DNA of 64,000 nucleotides from an uncultured Gemmatimonadales bacterium (GTDB lineage Bacteria > Gemmatimonadota > Gemmatimonadetes > Gemmatimonadales > GWC2-71-9), in contig CAWFGP010000003.1 in assembly GCA_963815515.1 (NCBI GenBank), forward strand, positions 701,513 to 765,512, read 5' to 3'. Positions 1-9,104 of the stretch are shown here, one piece after another; the first letter of the stretch is position 1, and each line of letters starts with the position of its first letter. The notes under the pieces were generated by a model. That model worked only from the letters and a program-made list of their open reading frames with translations. It was not told where the DNA came from and did no database searches. The translations under genes were made by a program, and so were the position numbers.

Positions 1-1215
1 TGGCTCGGCGAGCGCGCCGAGGAGCTTGGGGTGAATATCTTCGCCGGCTTTCCGGCCGACGCGCTGCTGGTCGACGGCTCGGCGGTACGCGGGGTGCGCA
101 CGACGGCGTCGGGACTCGATCGCACCGGGCAACCGGGCTCGGACTATGTGGAGCCGACCGACCTGACGGCGCGGATCACGGTCGTCGCCGAAGGAACGCG
201 CGGTGCGCTCGGCCAGGCGTGGCGGGAATGGCAGCAGGTGGGGTCGCCCAACCCGCAGCTCTTCGCGCTTGGCGTGAAGGAGATCTGGGAGGTGAAGCGG
301 CCGCTCGACAGGGTCATCCACACGCTGGGCTGGCCGCTCCCGACCGACGCCTTCGGCGGCAGCTTCTTCTATCCGCTCGGCCCGTCGCAGGTGGCGCTCG
401 GGCTGGTGGTCGGCCTCGACTACCACGACGCGAGCCTCGACGTGCACGAGCTGGTGCAGCGGCTCAAGCTGCATCCGCTGTTCCGGCCGCATCTCGAAGG
501 CGGCCAGCTGGTCGAATGGGGCGCCAAGACGATTCCCGAGGGCGGGTACTACGCGTTGCCCATGCGCCGGAGCGGCGACGGCGTGCTGTTCGCGGGCGAC
601 ACCGTGGGCTTCGTCGACGTCCCGTCGCTCAAGGGGATCCACTACGCGATGCAGTCGGGGATGTACGCGGCCCGGGCCGCGTTCGCGGCCCTCAAGCGCG
701 GCGATGTATCCGCGGCCGCGCTCGCATCCTACGAGCAGATGATCGACCAGAGTTACATCGTGGCCGACATGCGGCGCACGCGGAACATGCGGCTGGCGTT
801 CAAGGACGGGCTGTACGTCGGTGGGGTGAAGGCGGGCCTCATGACCGTCACCGGCGGCCGCTTCCCCGGCGGACGGATCGTGATGCCCGAGGATGCCCGG
901 ACGCCGCGGGCGACGTCCGGGCCGCGGCCCTTCGCGCCCGACGGCACGCTCACGTTCAGCAAGGTGGACGCGGTATTCAAGTCGGGCAACGCGACCCGCG
1001 ACACCATTCCGCAGCACCTGCTCGTGGGTCCGGACGTGACGGGGGAGGTCGCCGATTTCTACTCGCACGTCTGTCCCGCGGGCGTCTACGAGCGGGTGGG
1101 CGACGAGCTCCGGGTCAGCGCCGCCAACTGCGTCGACTGCAAGGCGACCGACGTGCTCGGTCCGCGGTGGACGCCTCGGGAGGGCGGGAGCGGCCCGAAG
1201 TACCGCAGCATGTAG
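1..1215 (+). CDS. electron-transfer flavoprotein:ubiquinone oxidoreductase (ETF-QO), 5-prime end cut by window edge
   Basis: Frame 1 is open from base 1 (WLGERAEELGVNIFAGF...) and continuous with ORF 31..1215. C-terminal ferredoxin-like CPAGVYE...ANCVDCKATD and the GGSGPKYRSM tail are typical of ETF-QO. TAG at 1213-1215. Confidence 0.85.
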   Translation, partial: WLGERAEELGVNIFAGFPADALLVDGSAVRGVRTTASGLDRTGQPGSDYVEPTDLTARITVVAEGTRGALGQAWREWQQVGSPNPQLFALGVKEIWEVKRPLDRVIHTLGWPLPTDAFGGSFFYPLGPSQVALGLVVGLDYHDASLDVHELVQRLKLHPLFRPHLEGGQLVEWGAKTIPEGGYYALPMRRSGDGVLFAGDTVGFVDVPSLKGIHYAMQSGMYAARAAFAALKRGDVSAAALASYEQMIDQSYIVADMRRTRNMRLAFKDGLYVGGVKAGLMTVTGGRFPGGRIVMPEDARTPRATSGPRPFAPDGTLTFSKVDAVFKSGNATRDTIPQHLLVGPDVTGEVADFYSHVCPAGVYERVGDELRVSAANCVDCKATDVLGPRWTPREGGSGPKYRSM

Positions 1216-1243
1216 TTTCGCCTTGCCGCTAGTGCAACACCTT

Positions 1244-1276
1244 GCGCCAGCGAAACTCGCTGGCGCGCTGTCTTTT
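1244..1276 (+). terminator. intrinsic terminator after ETF-QO
   Basis: Perfect 9-bp stem GCGCCAGCG-AAACT-CGCTGGCGC (1244-1266) followed by GCTGTCTTTT, about 30 nt after the stop codon. Confidence 0.55.
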
Positions 1277-1343
1277 CCACCCGTTCCTCAGCTTCGCCCC
1301 CAATCGACCGACAATGAATTGAACGCTGTCCTCTTCCTGCGGA

Positions 1344-1372
1344 TTGCGGGGAAGTCGCCGGGTTCGCACAAT
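1344..1372 (+). promoter_or_regulatory. candidate sigma70-type promoter
   Basis: TTGCGG (1344-1349), 17-nt spacer, CACAAT (1367-1372), about 30 nt upstream of the GGGAGG/ATG of the next gene. Motif match only. Confidence 0.3.
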
Positions 1373-1404
1373 GAGCAGACCGTTCGCCAATGCCGGGAGG
1401 CTGC

Positions 1405-1812
1405 ATGTCCGCCCACAGGGTTTCGCTCGCCGTCGTTCTGCTCGCCGCGTTCGGCGCGGGTGCGCTCCGCGCGCAGACCAGCTCGCCCGCGGCCTGGCAG
1501 GCTACCCCTGCCTCGGTGCTCAAGAGTGCCCTGCGGAGCGCCCTGGCCGCGCAGGATCGCTACCGTGCCGCCCACGAGACCTACGCTCCGTCGGTCGAGG
1601 CGCTGGGCCTCCGTTCCGAGGCGGGCGTGCGCGTGGACATCCTGCGGGCGGGTGCCTCAGGCTGGCAGGCGCGGGCGACGCACCAGACCCAGCCCGGCCG
1701 GAGCTGCGTGGTCTTCGTGGGCTCGCTCGACGGCGCGGAGGCGCCGCGGACCGACGGCGACCACGAGATGGCGGGCGAAGAAGGCATCCCGCTCTGCGAC
1801 CGGATGCGCTAG
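1405..1812 (+). CDS. secreted hypothetical protein
   Basis: ORF 1390..1812. The ATG at 1405 has GGGAGG 5 nt upstream. Signal peptide MSAHRVSLAVVLLAAFGAGALRAQ. No family recognised. Confidence 0.55.
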   Translation: MSAHRVSLAVVLLAAFGAGALRAQTSSPAAWQATPASVLKSALRSALAAQDRYRAAHETYAPSVEALGLRSEAGVRVDILRAGASGWQARATHQTQPGRSCVVFVGSLDGAEAPRTDGDHEMAGEEGIPLCDRMR

Positions 1813-1818
1813 CGCCGC

Positions 1819-3688
1819 ATGGCTTCCTCGAAGCGCGACGCGGCCGAAGCCGGGCCGACCTGGATCGTCAAGGCATGGAAATGGGGGGCGGGCTCGCTGT
1901 CGGCGGGTGCCGCCCTCGTCTCCATCGTGTCGTCGGTGCGCTCGCTGCCGGCCGACCAGGTGCGCTGGATCGGCGTGCGGCCCATCGCCGACACGGCCTG
2001 GGCCATCGGCGATTCGATCCAGCTCGCCATCACCATTACGGACGCGCACGGCGGCGTCGTGGCCGGCGTAGGCGTCGGGTGGACCTCGACCGACACGTCG
2101 GTCGCCTCGGTGGACAGCGCGGGCACCGTAGTCGCCCGGTCGCCGGGCGTGTCGACGGTCGTCGCCGCGGCCGGCGGGCGGATCGCGCAGTCGCGCATCC
2201 TGGTCCGCTCGCGCCCGGCTGCCATCTGGCTCCAGGGGGACTCGCTGGTCCGGCTCGGCGAAGGCGGCGTGGCCCGGCTCGTCGCGCGCGTGGTCGACGC
2301 CCGGGGGCATCCGGTGTCCGGGCAGGCGGTCGCATGGCGCTCGTCGGACCCATCGGTCGCGCTGGTGGACAGCGCCGGCCGGATCACCGGTGTCACCGCC
2401 GGCCGCGGGACGCTCGCCGCCTCCGGTGGCGATCTCGTGCGCGAGCTCCCCATCGAGGTCTATCCGGTTCCCGCGACGATCACCCTTCTCGCCGGCGACG
2501 GCCAGCGCGCGCCGGCGGGACAGCGCCTGGCCGTCCCGCTCAAGGCGCAGATCGTGTCGCGCGGCGGCCGGCCGATGGCCGGCGTGCCCGTGCGCTTCAC
2601 CGTGGCGGAGCCGACCGGGCGCATTGCGCCCGACATCGACACCTCCGACGCCGATGGCCTCGTGCAGGCAGTCTGGACCCTGGGCGACCGGCCGGGCCGG
2701 CAGCGGAGCGCGCTCGCGGTCGACGGCGAGCCGCCGACCGCTACGGTGCTCGCCGCGGACGCCGAGCCGGTGGCCGACAACACGCGCATCACGGCGGGCG
2801 AGCCGCCCTCGGGCGAGGCCGGCCTCGAGCTGGCCGAGCCGATCGTGGTCCGGGTCACCGATTCCACCGGCGTGCCGCTGGGTGACGTGCCGGTCGCCGT
2901 GGGAGGCCGCAGGTGGCGGCACAATCGTGGGAGACGGCGTCCGAACCGACTCGCTCGGGCAGGCGCGGGCGCGCTGGACCCTCGGGCCCCGGGCCGGGAC
3001 GCAGCGGGCCTACGTGCAGGTGGGCACGTCGCGCGCGGTGCCGCGCGCCGTGCTCTCGGCGACGGCCGCGCCGGGGCCGGCCGCGTCGCTCGGTCTTATG
3101 CGAAGCGCCGTGCCTCGTGGGGTCGTCGCGCGCCCGCTCCTTCCTGTCGTACAGCTTCGCGTTGCCGACCGGCACGGCAACCCCGTGGCCGGCGTGCGAG
3201 TCTCGCTCCGGCCAGTCCAGGGAACGGTCGCCGAACGGACGGCGGTCACCGATTCGACCGGGCGAGTCGAGGCGGCCTGGACGCTGGGCCCCGCGGCCGG
3301 CCTGCAGCACCTGACCGCGTCGGCGCAAGGGGTCGGAGCGCCACTCGAGGTGACGGCGCGAGCGATCGCGGGCCCGCCGGCCAGGCTCGTGCTCGAAGGC
3401 GTGCCCGCTGGCGCGACGGTGAGCCGGCCGTTGCCGCAGCCGGTCCGGGTCCTTGTGACCGACGCCCATGGGAACGCCGCGGCCGGAGCCTCCGTCGCGT
3501 TCTCGACGCGATCAGGCGCGCTGACGCCGACGCGGGCGCGCACCGATAGCGCCGGGCGCGCGCAGACGCGCTGGGTGCTGGGCACGCGCGCCGGCGATCA
3601 GGTCGTGGAGGTGGTGGTGAAGGAAGGCGGGCTCCGCGCGAGCGGCAGCGTTCGGGTAACCGTGGCTCCCAAGCGCAAGGCGCGCTGA
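1819..3688 (+). pseudogene. Ig-like (Big_2-type) tandem-repeat surface protein, frame broken by one extra base near 2899 (assembly error or true pseudogene)
   Basis: ORF 1819..3549 (frame 1) is meaningful up to ...TDSTGVPLGDVPVA, then becomes Arg-rich nonsense. ORF 2390..3688 (frame 2) becomes meaningful from 2900 (WEAAGGGTIVGDGVRTDSLGQARARWTLGPRAGTQ...). The repeat pattern (V..D..G.P..G..V.F......G.......TD..G.A...WTLG) runs continuously across the junction. Confidence 0.7.
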
Positions 3689-4108
3689 TCATTCGCCCAG
3701 GATCTTGACGATCACCCGCTTCCGCCGCTGGCCGTCCCACTCGCCGTAGAACACGCGTTGCCAGGGGCCCAGATCCAGCTTGCCGGCCGTGACCGGCACA
3801 ATGACCTCGTGGCCGACCGTCAGGCTCCGCAAATGAGCGGCCGCGTTGTCCTCCCCGGTCTCGTTGTGGTGGTATCGCTCCGGGTCCCAGGGGGCGATGG
3901 TCCCCTCGAGCCACGCGAGGATATCCTGCCAGAGCCCGGATTCATGGTCGTTGACGAAGACCGACGCGCTGATGTGCATGGCGGAGACGAGCGCGAACCC
4001 CTCGCGGATCCCGCTGACGGCCACCTGCCGCTCGACCTCGTCGGTGATATCGATGAGCTCCTGGCGGCGCTTGGTCTCGAACCAGAGGTAATGGGTGTGG
4101 GTGGGCAT
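3689..4108 (-). CDS. yjbQ: YjbQ/UPF0047 family protein (secondary thiamine-phosphate synthase family)
   Basis: 139-aa ORF with THTHYLWFETKRRQELIDITDEV...ALVSAMHISASVFVNDHE...NAAAHLRSL...GPWQRVFYGEWDG, characteristic of the YjbQ family. Confidence 0.8.
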   Translation of the reverse strand: MPTHTHYLWFETKRRQELIDITDEVERQVAVSGIREGFALVSAMHISASVFVNDHESGLWQDILAWLEGTIAPWDPERYHHNETGEDNAAAHLRSLTVGHEVIVPVTAGKLDLGPWQRVFYGEWDGQRRKRVIVKILGE

Positions 4109-4112
4109 GGGC

Positions 4113-4970
4113 TCAGCGCAACAGCTCCTCCAGGCGCACGGCCGTCTCGGTCTTCTCGTCGCGATACTTCACGATCACCGGCGTGTACAGCCCGATGCCC
4201 GCCTCGCGGCCGGCGCCCGAACGCACCGGGCGCGTTCCCGGGACCACCACCGCGCCGGCCGGAATCTCCAGCGGGCGCTCGCCGTCGCGGCGGTAGACGC
4301 GATCGTGGACCAGGTCGAAGACGGCCGTGCCCCCGGTGAGGATCGTACCCGGCGCGAGCACCGCCCGCTCGCGAACGATCGTGCCTTCGTAGACCCCGCA
4401 GTTCCCGCCGACCAGCACCTCGTCCTCGATGATGACCGGGAGTGCGCCGGCAGGCTCGAGCACGCCGCCGATCTGCGCGGCGGCGGAGAGGTGAACCCGC
4501 CGGCCGACCTGGGCGCACGAGCCGACCAGCGCGTGCGAGTCGACCATGGTCCCCTCACCCACGTACGCGCCGACGTTGATGTACATCGGCGGCATGCAGA
4601 CGACCCCGGGCGCCACGTAGCAGCCATCGCGGATGGCCGATCCGCCGGGCACGATGCGCACGCCGTCTTCGACGGAGGCGCGACGGAGCGGGTAGGTGTC
4701 CTTGTCGTAGAACGGGAACGGCCCGCCCGTGGCGGCCGGTGTGATGCGGCCCAGCCGGAAGCCGAGCAGGATGCCGGCCTTCACCCACGCGTTGGCGCGC
4801 CACTGCCCATCGGCGCCGCGTTCCGCCGCGCGCACCGCGCCCGAGTTGAGCGCGGCCTTGAGCTGGACGAAGGCGGCGCGCGCGCCGCCTTCGTCCTCGG
4901 GCGCGACCGGGCCGCTGTAGCGGGCGAGCTCCGTCTCGAGCGCCTTCACGTCGTCAGGGGACATCGGCAC
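4113..4970 (-). CDS. dapD: 2,3,4,5-tetrahydropyridine-2,6-dicarboxylate N-succinyltransferase
   Basis: 285-aa ORF. N-terminal ...[14 protein letters not shown]... followed by left-handed beta-helix hexapeptide repeats ([30 protein letters not shown]). Adjacent to dapA/dapB. Confidence 0.85.
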   Translation of the reverse strand: MPMSPDDVKALETELARYSGPVAPEDEGGARAAFVQLKAALNSGAVRAAERGADGQWRANAWVKAGILLGFRLGRITPAATGGPFPFYDKDTYPLRRASVEDGVRIVPGGSAIRDGCYVAPGVVCMPPMYINVGAYVGEGTMVDSHALVGSCAQVGRRVHLSAAAQIGGVLEPAGALPVIIEDEVLVGGNCGVYEGTIVRERAVLAPGTILTGGTAVFDLVHDRVYRRDGERPLEIPAGAVVVPGTRPVRSGAGREAGIGLYTPVIVKYRDEKTETAVRLEELLR

Positions 4971-5841
4971 CCGCTGCCACGAGCGCGACGCGCAGCGCGT
5001 CCCGCGTGGACTGGCCGGCCGGGACCAGCGGCAGGCGGAGCACGTCGGCGATCCTGCCCATCAGGGCCAGCCCGGCCTTCACCGGCGACGGATTGGTCTC
5101 GAGGAAATTGGCGTCCATGAGCGGGAGCAGGCGATACTGGCCGGCGCGGGCGGCGTCGAGGTCGCCGTGCCGGGCATGCCGCACGAGTGCGGTCATCTGC
5201 GCCGGGACCTCGTTCGACGTCACCGAGATCAGCCCCTCGCCGCCGGCCACGGCAACCGGGAACGCCAGCCAGTCGTCACCCGAGAGCACCGCGAAGCCAG
5301 CAGGGCGGTGTCGGATGATCTCCATGATCTGGCGCAGGTCCCCGCTCGCTTCCTTGATCCCGCGCACGTTCGGATGCTCCGCCAGGCGGAGCGCCGTGGC
5401 CGGCAGGAGATTGACGGCGGTGCGGCCCGGGACGTTGTAGAGGCAGACCGGGCGGATGGAGGCGTCGGCGACGGCCCGGAAGTGCCGGGCGAGACCCTCC
5501 TGGGTGGGCTTGTTGTAGTACGGTGTGGCCGAGAGAATGCCGTCGACACCGAGGGCGCACATGCGGCGGGTCTCGTCGACGGCGCGGCGGGTATCGTTGC
5601 TGGTCGCGCCGGCCACCACCGGCACGCGCCCGGCGGCCGTCTCGACGACCGCGGCCACGACCCGCTCGCGCTCGCCCTCGTCCAGGGTCTGGGCCTCGCC
5701 GGTGGAGCCGCACGGGACGAGGAAGTCGATCCCTTCGGCGATCTGCCACTCGACGAGCGCCCCGAGCGCCCGGAAGTCGACGGCGCCGCTCTCCGTGAAC
5801 GGGGTGACCAGGGCGGTGCCGCATCCCTCGAAAGCGGTCAT
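4954..5841 (-). CDS. dapA: 4-hydroxy-tetrahydrodipicolinate synthase
   Basis: ORF 4954..5901. Start placed at ATG 5841 ([15 protein letters not shown]...), which overlaps the dapB stop as ATGA. Motifs CGSTGE and IKEASGD (catalytic Lys). Confidence 0.9.
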   Translation of the reverse strand: MTAFEGCGTALVTPFTESGAVDFRALGALVEWQIAEGIDFLVPCGSTGEAQTLDEGERERVVAAVVETAAGRVPVVAGATSNDTRRAVDETRRMCALGVDGILSATPYYNKPTQEGLARHFRAVADASIRPVCLYNVPGRTAVNLLPATALRLAEHPNVRGIKEASGDLRQIMEIIRHRPAGFAVLSGDDWLAFPVAVAGGEGLISVTSNEVPAQMTALVRHARHGDLDAARAGQYRLLPLMDANFLETNPSPVKAGLALMGRIADVLRLPLVPAGQSTRDALRVALVAAGADVP

Positions 5842-6536
5842 CCACTCTCTCCGAAGAGCATGTCCTCGACCGTGTAGACGCCGCGATGACCAGGCAGCCA
5901 CTCGGCCGCGGCCAGCGCGCCCGCCGCGAAGCCTTCGCGGCTCCGCGCCACGTGCGCCAGCGTCACCCGCTCGAACGGCCCGTCGTAGGCCACCAGATGC
6001 GTGCCCGGCGTGACCCCGGCACGGACAGAGGTGATCGCGAACGGTCGTGCCGGGTCCGCGTCGCTCGCGCGTCGCTGGAGCTCGCGCGCCGTACCGGAGG
6101 GCGCATCGAGCTTGGCGGCGTGGTGCTCCTCCAGTATAAAGGCGTCGAAGCCGGGGTGCCCGGCGAATCGGCGGGCCAGGTCCTGCGCGGCGCGGAGGAA
6201 GAGGTGGACGCCGAGCGAGAAGTTGGCGGCGTGGAGCAGGGCACCGCCGCGGCGCTCGACCTGGGCCGTGATTCGCGGGAGCTGGTCCAGCCAGCCCGTC
6301 GTCCCGGTGACGACGGGGAGGCCGGCATCGAGGAGGCGCTCGAGATTGGCCACGGCCGCATCGGGCCGGGTGAACTCCACGGCGACGTCGGCGCCCTTCA
6401 GCCGCTTCGCCGTGAGGGCATTGCCGCTGGCGTTCTCGGCGCCGCCGATCATTGCCTGGATCGTATGGCCGCGCGTCTCCGCCAGACTCGCCACCGCCCG
6501 GCCCATCTTGCCGTCACCTACGATGACGATTCGCAT
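5838..6536 (-). CDS. dapB: 4-hydroxy-tetrahydrodipicolinate reductase
   Basis: ORF 5838..6596. Start placed at ATG 6536 (MRIVIVGDGKMGRAV, GxGxxG). EEHHAAKLDAPSGTA signature present. The 20 codons upstream are encoded by the neighbouring palindrome. Confidence 0.9.
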   Translation of the reverse strand: MRIVIVGDGKMGRAVASLAETRGHTIQAMIGGAENASGNALTAKRLKGADVAVEFTRPDAAVANLERLLDAGLPVVTGTTGWLDQLPRITAQVERRGGALLHAANFSLGVHLFLRAAQDLARRFAGHPGFDAFILEEHHAAKLDAPSGTARELQRRASDADPARPFAITSVRAGVTPGTHLVAYDGPFERVTLAHVARSREGFAAGALAAAEWLPGHRGVYTVEDMLFGESG

Positions 6537-6550
6537 GCGGCGCTCCCGTT

Positions 6551-6646
6551 CACCACAGAGGCACAGAGGACACGGAGGGCCACGGTGCATGCACAAAAAA
6601 TCGGTCCTCCGTGGATGTTCTCTGTGCCCTCCGTGCCTCTGTGGTG
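6551..6646. repeat. 96-bp imperfect palindrome built from GCAC(A/G)GAG units (second palindrome family)
   Basis: Left arm CACCACAGAGGCACAGAGGACACGGAGGGCCACGG. The reverse complement of the right arm is CACCACAGAGGCACGGAGGGCACAGAGAACATCCACGGAGGACC. The outer 14 bp are perfect, with an A6/T6 run in the centre. Lies between the lysC stop and the dapB RBS. Confidence 0.7.
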
Positions 6647-6693
6647 GGTCTTTCGTGGTTTTCTAAATCGATCCCCGAGCCCACCTCGGAGTC

Positions 6694-8046
6694 TCAGCAC
6701 GACCCGAAGAACTCCTGGTGCAACCGCCGCACGACGTCCGGCCCGTCCTCCTCCCGCACGACGAACGTCATGTTGATCGCCGAGGCGCCCTGGGAGATCA
6801 CCTCGACGTTCGCCGGCTGGACCGCGCGGAAGAGCCGGGCGGCGAGACCGGGCGTGGAGCGGATGCCGATGCCGACGACGGCGATGATCGCCCGGTGGTC
6901 CTCGACCCAGACCTCGCCCAGCTCCGCCAGATCGCGCACCACGGCGTCGAGGCGCGTCCGGTCCTCGACCGTGAGCGAGACGCTGACCTCGCCGCTCGCC
7001 AGCACGTCTACCACCACCTCGTGCCGCTCGAAGACCTCGAACATCGCGCGCAGGAAGCCAAAGGCGCCGAGCATCCGCGGGGCGCGCACGTTCACCACCG
7101 TGATGCCGGGCTTCCAGCTGATCGACCGCACGGGCGAATCTCCCATCCGCTCGAGCTCGGCCGACGGCTCGATGGTGGTGCCGGGATCCCCGGGACGTGT
7201 GGAGTTGAGGACGATGATGGGGATCCCCGAGCGCACCAGCGGCTGCGCGGTGGCCGGGTGGAGCACCTTGGCGCCGAAGGTGGCCAGCTCCGCGGCCTCC
7301 TCGTAGCTCGCCGCCCGGAGGGTGCGCGCGGACGGCACGATGCGCGGATCCGCCGTCATGAGCCCGTTCACGTCGGTCCAGATCTCGACCCGTTCGACGT
7401 CGAGCACGGCGCCGAGCAGCGCGGCGGTGAAGTCGGAGCCGCCGCGGCCAAGCGTGGTCGGGGCGCCGTCGACGGTGGCGCCGATGAATCCCTGGGTGAC
7501 GGGGACGCGGCCGCCGTCGACCAGCGGCCGGAGGCACTCGCGCGCCCGGTCGCCGAGCGCCTGCATGTACGGCGTGGCGCGGCCGTGGCGATCGTCGGTC
7601 ACCATCATCGGCCGGATGTCCACCCACGTGGCGGCGAGCCCGGCCGCCTCGAGCGCGGCCGCCACGAGCCGGCTGCTCCAGAGCTCGCCCCGGCCGGCGA
7701 GCGCGTCGAGCTCCGCGGGGCGCAGCATGCGGCCGAGCGCCGCCCCGAGCTCGCGCCGGAGCGCGGCCGCGTCCTCGGCGATGGCCGGGAGGGCCAGGGT
7801 GGCGCCCGGCAGCTCGCGGGCGGCAGCGGCATGGCGCTCGACGAGCGCGGCGATGGCCGCGTCGAGCGCGGCGCCATTGCCCGCGTGCACCACCGGGGCG
7901 AGCGCCAGGAGGCCGTCGGTCACCCGGGCGAGCGCGCTCACCACGACCACCGGCCCGTCGGCGGCCCGCGACCGCACGATGCCGATCAGCCGGCCGATGG
8001 CCGCCGCGTCCGCCACCGAGGTCCCGCCGAACTTGGCGACGATCAT
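6694..8046 (-). CDS. lysC: aspartate kinase
   Basis: ORF 6694..8286. Start placed at ATG 8046 (MIVAKFGGTSVADAAAI, KFGGTS motif), overlapping the asd stop by 4 nt. C-terminal ACT-like repeats. Confidence 0.9.
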   Translation of the reverse strand: MIVAKFGGTSVADAAAIGRLIGIVRSRAADGPVVVVSALARVTDGLLALAPVVHAGNGAALDAAIAALVERHAAAARELPGATLALPAIAEDAAALRRELGAALGRMLRPAELDALAGRGELWSSRLVAAALEAAGLAATWVDIRPMMVTDDRHGRATPYMQALGDRARECLRPLVDGGRVPVTQGFIGATVDGAPTTLGRGGSDFTAALLGAVLDVERVEIWTDVNGLMTADPRIVPSARTLRAASYEEAAELATFGAKVLHPATAQPLVRSGIPIIVLNSTRPGDPGTTIEPSAELERMGDSPVRSISWKPGITVVNVRAPRMLGAFGFLRAMFEVFERHEVVVDVLASGEVSVSLTVEDRTRLDAVVRDLAELGEVWVEDHRAIIAVVGIGIRSTPGLAARLFRAVQPANVEVISQGASAINMTFVVREEDGPDVVRRLHQEFFGSC

Positions 8047-9104
8047 GCCGGCCGGTTCACCCGGCCTTCCGCCACCAGCAGCTCGGCGATCTGCACGCCC
8101 TGGCCGGCCGCGCCCCGGATGGTATTGTGTCCCAGCAGCACCAGCCGAAGATCGAGGATGGGGCAGGCGCGCACCCGGCCCACCGTTACCGCCATCCCCC
8201 GGCCGCGCTCGAGATCGAGTCGCGGCTGCGGCCGGTCCTGGCGGGTCTCGACCTCGACCGGCAGGGTGGGCGTGGACGGGAGGCACTCGACCCGCGGGCT
8301 CGCGCGGAACTCGCGCAGCGCCGCCATGGCCGCCTCCGGCGTGACCCGGGTCCGGAAGCCCGCCGAGACCGTCATGAGGTGCCCGTCGATCGTCGCGACC
8401 CGGTTGGTGTGTGCGCTCATCGCGAAGTCGGCCGGTGTCACGCCGCCGGCGGCGAGGGTACCGAGGATCTTCCGGCTCTCGCGCTCCATCTTCTCCTCTT
8501 CGCCGCCGATGTACGGCACCACGTTGCCGAGGATGTCGAGCGAAGGCACCCCGGGGTAGCCGGCCCCCGAGACGGCCTGCATCGTCGAGACGAAGATCTT
8601 CTCCAGCCCGAACGCGCGATGCAGCGGCGCGAGCGCCAGCACCAGCGCGGCCGTCGAGCAGTTGGGGTTCGCGAGGATGGCGCCCGGCCAGCCCCGGCCT
8701 TCGTGCTGGCGGTCGACCAGGGCCAGGTGGTCCAGATTGGCCTCCGGGATGAGCAGCGGCACATCCGCGTCCATCCGGTGGGTGCGGGTGTTGGTCACCA
8801 CGTAGGCGCCGGCGGCCGCGAACGCCTGCTCGATCGGCCCCGCGACCTCGGCATCGAGCGCGCTGAACACGATCGGCCCCGGCAGTGGCGGCGCCGACGG
8901 CTGCACGATGAGCGCCGCGATCCGGTCGGGCAGCGCGCTCTGCTCGCGCCAGCGGACAATGTCGCCATAGGGCTTGCCCGCGCTCGCGGACGACGCGGCC
9001 ACCGCCGCGACCTCGAACCAGGGGTGGTCGGCCAGCAGGCGGACGAACTTCTGGCCAACCGTGCCCGTGGCCCCGAGCACGCTGACCGGGATCTTCGCTG
9101 TCAT
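8043..9104 (-). CDS. asd: aspartate-semialdehyde dehydrogenase
   Basis: ORF 8043..9236. Start at ATG 9104 (MTAKIPVSVLGATGTVGQKF). Active-site NPNCSTAALVLAL present. 4-nt overlap with the upstream peptidase gene. Confidence 0.9.
   Translation of the reverse strand: MTAKIPVSVLGATGTVGQKFVRLLADHPWFEVAAVAASSASAGKPYGDIVRWREQSALPDRIAALIVQPSAPPLPGPIVFSALDAEVAGPIEQAFAAAGAYVVTNTRTHRMDADVPLLIPEANLDHLALVDRQHEGRGWPGAILANPNCSTAALVLALAPLHRAFGLEKIFVSTMQAVSGAGYPGVPSLDILGNVVPYIGGEEEKMERESRKILGTLAAGGVTPADFAMSAHTNRVATIDGHLMTVSAGFRTRVTPEAAMAALREFRASPRVECLPSTPTLPVEVETRQDRPQPRLDLERGRGMAVTVGRVRACPILDLRLVLLGHNTIRGAAGQGVQIAELLVAEGRVNRPA

Noticed and set aside
2890-2905. Programmed ribosomal frameshifting at the three broken genes (also 29525-29535 and 58955-58966).
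   Set aside because: None of the junctions has a slippery heptamer (X XXY YYZ) or a prfB-like SD-plus-stop arrangement. The affected gene families are not known to use recoding.
5838-6596. Cys-rich N-terminus MCMHRGPPCPLCLCGERERR on dapB as a possible metal-binding extension.
   Set aside because: These codons are the right arm of the 6551-6646 palindrome read in frame. The canonical MRIVIVGDGKMG start with a GGGAG SD lies at 6536.
8047-8286. Long N-terminal extension of the lysC ORF, and a possible lysine (L-box) riboswitch leader.
   Set aside because: The extension is Gly/Arg/Pro-rich nonsense lying inside asd. The KFGGTS start at 8046 overlaps the asd stop, so lysC has no leader. The region upstream of the first gene of the block (10118-10266) shows no L-box-like features that I could recognise.
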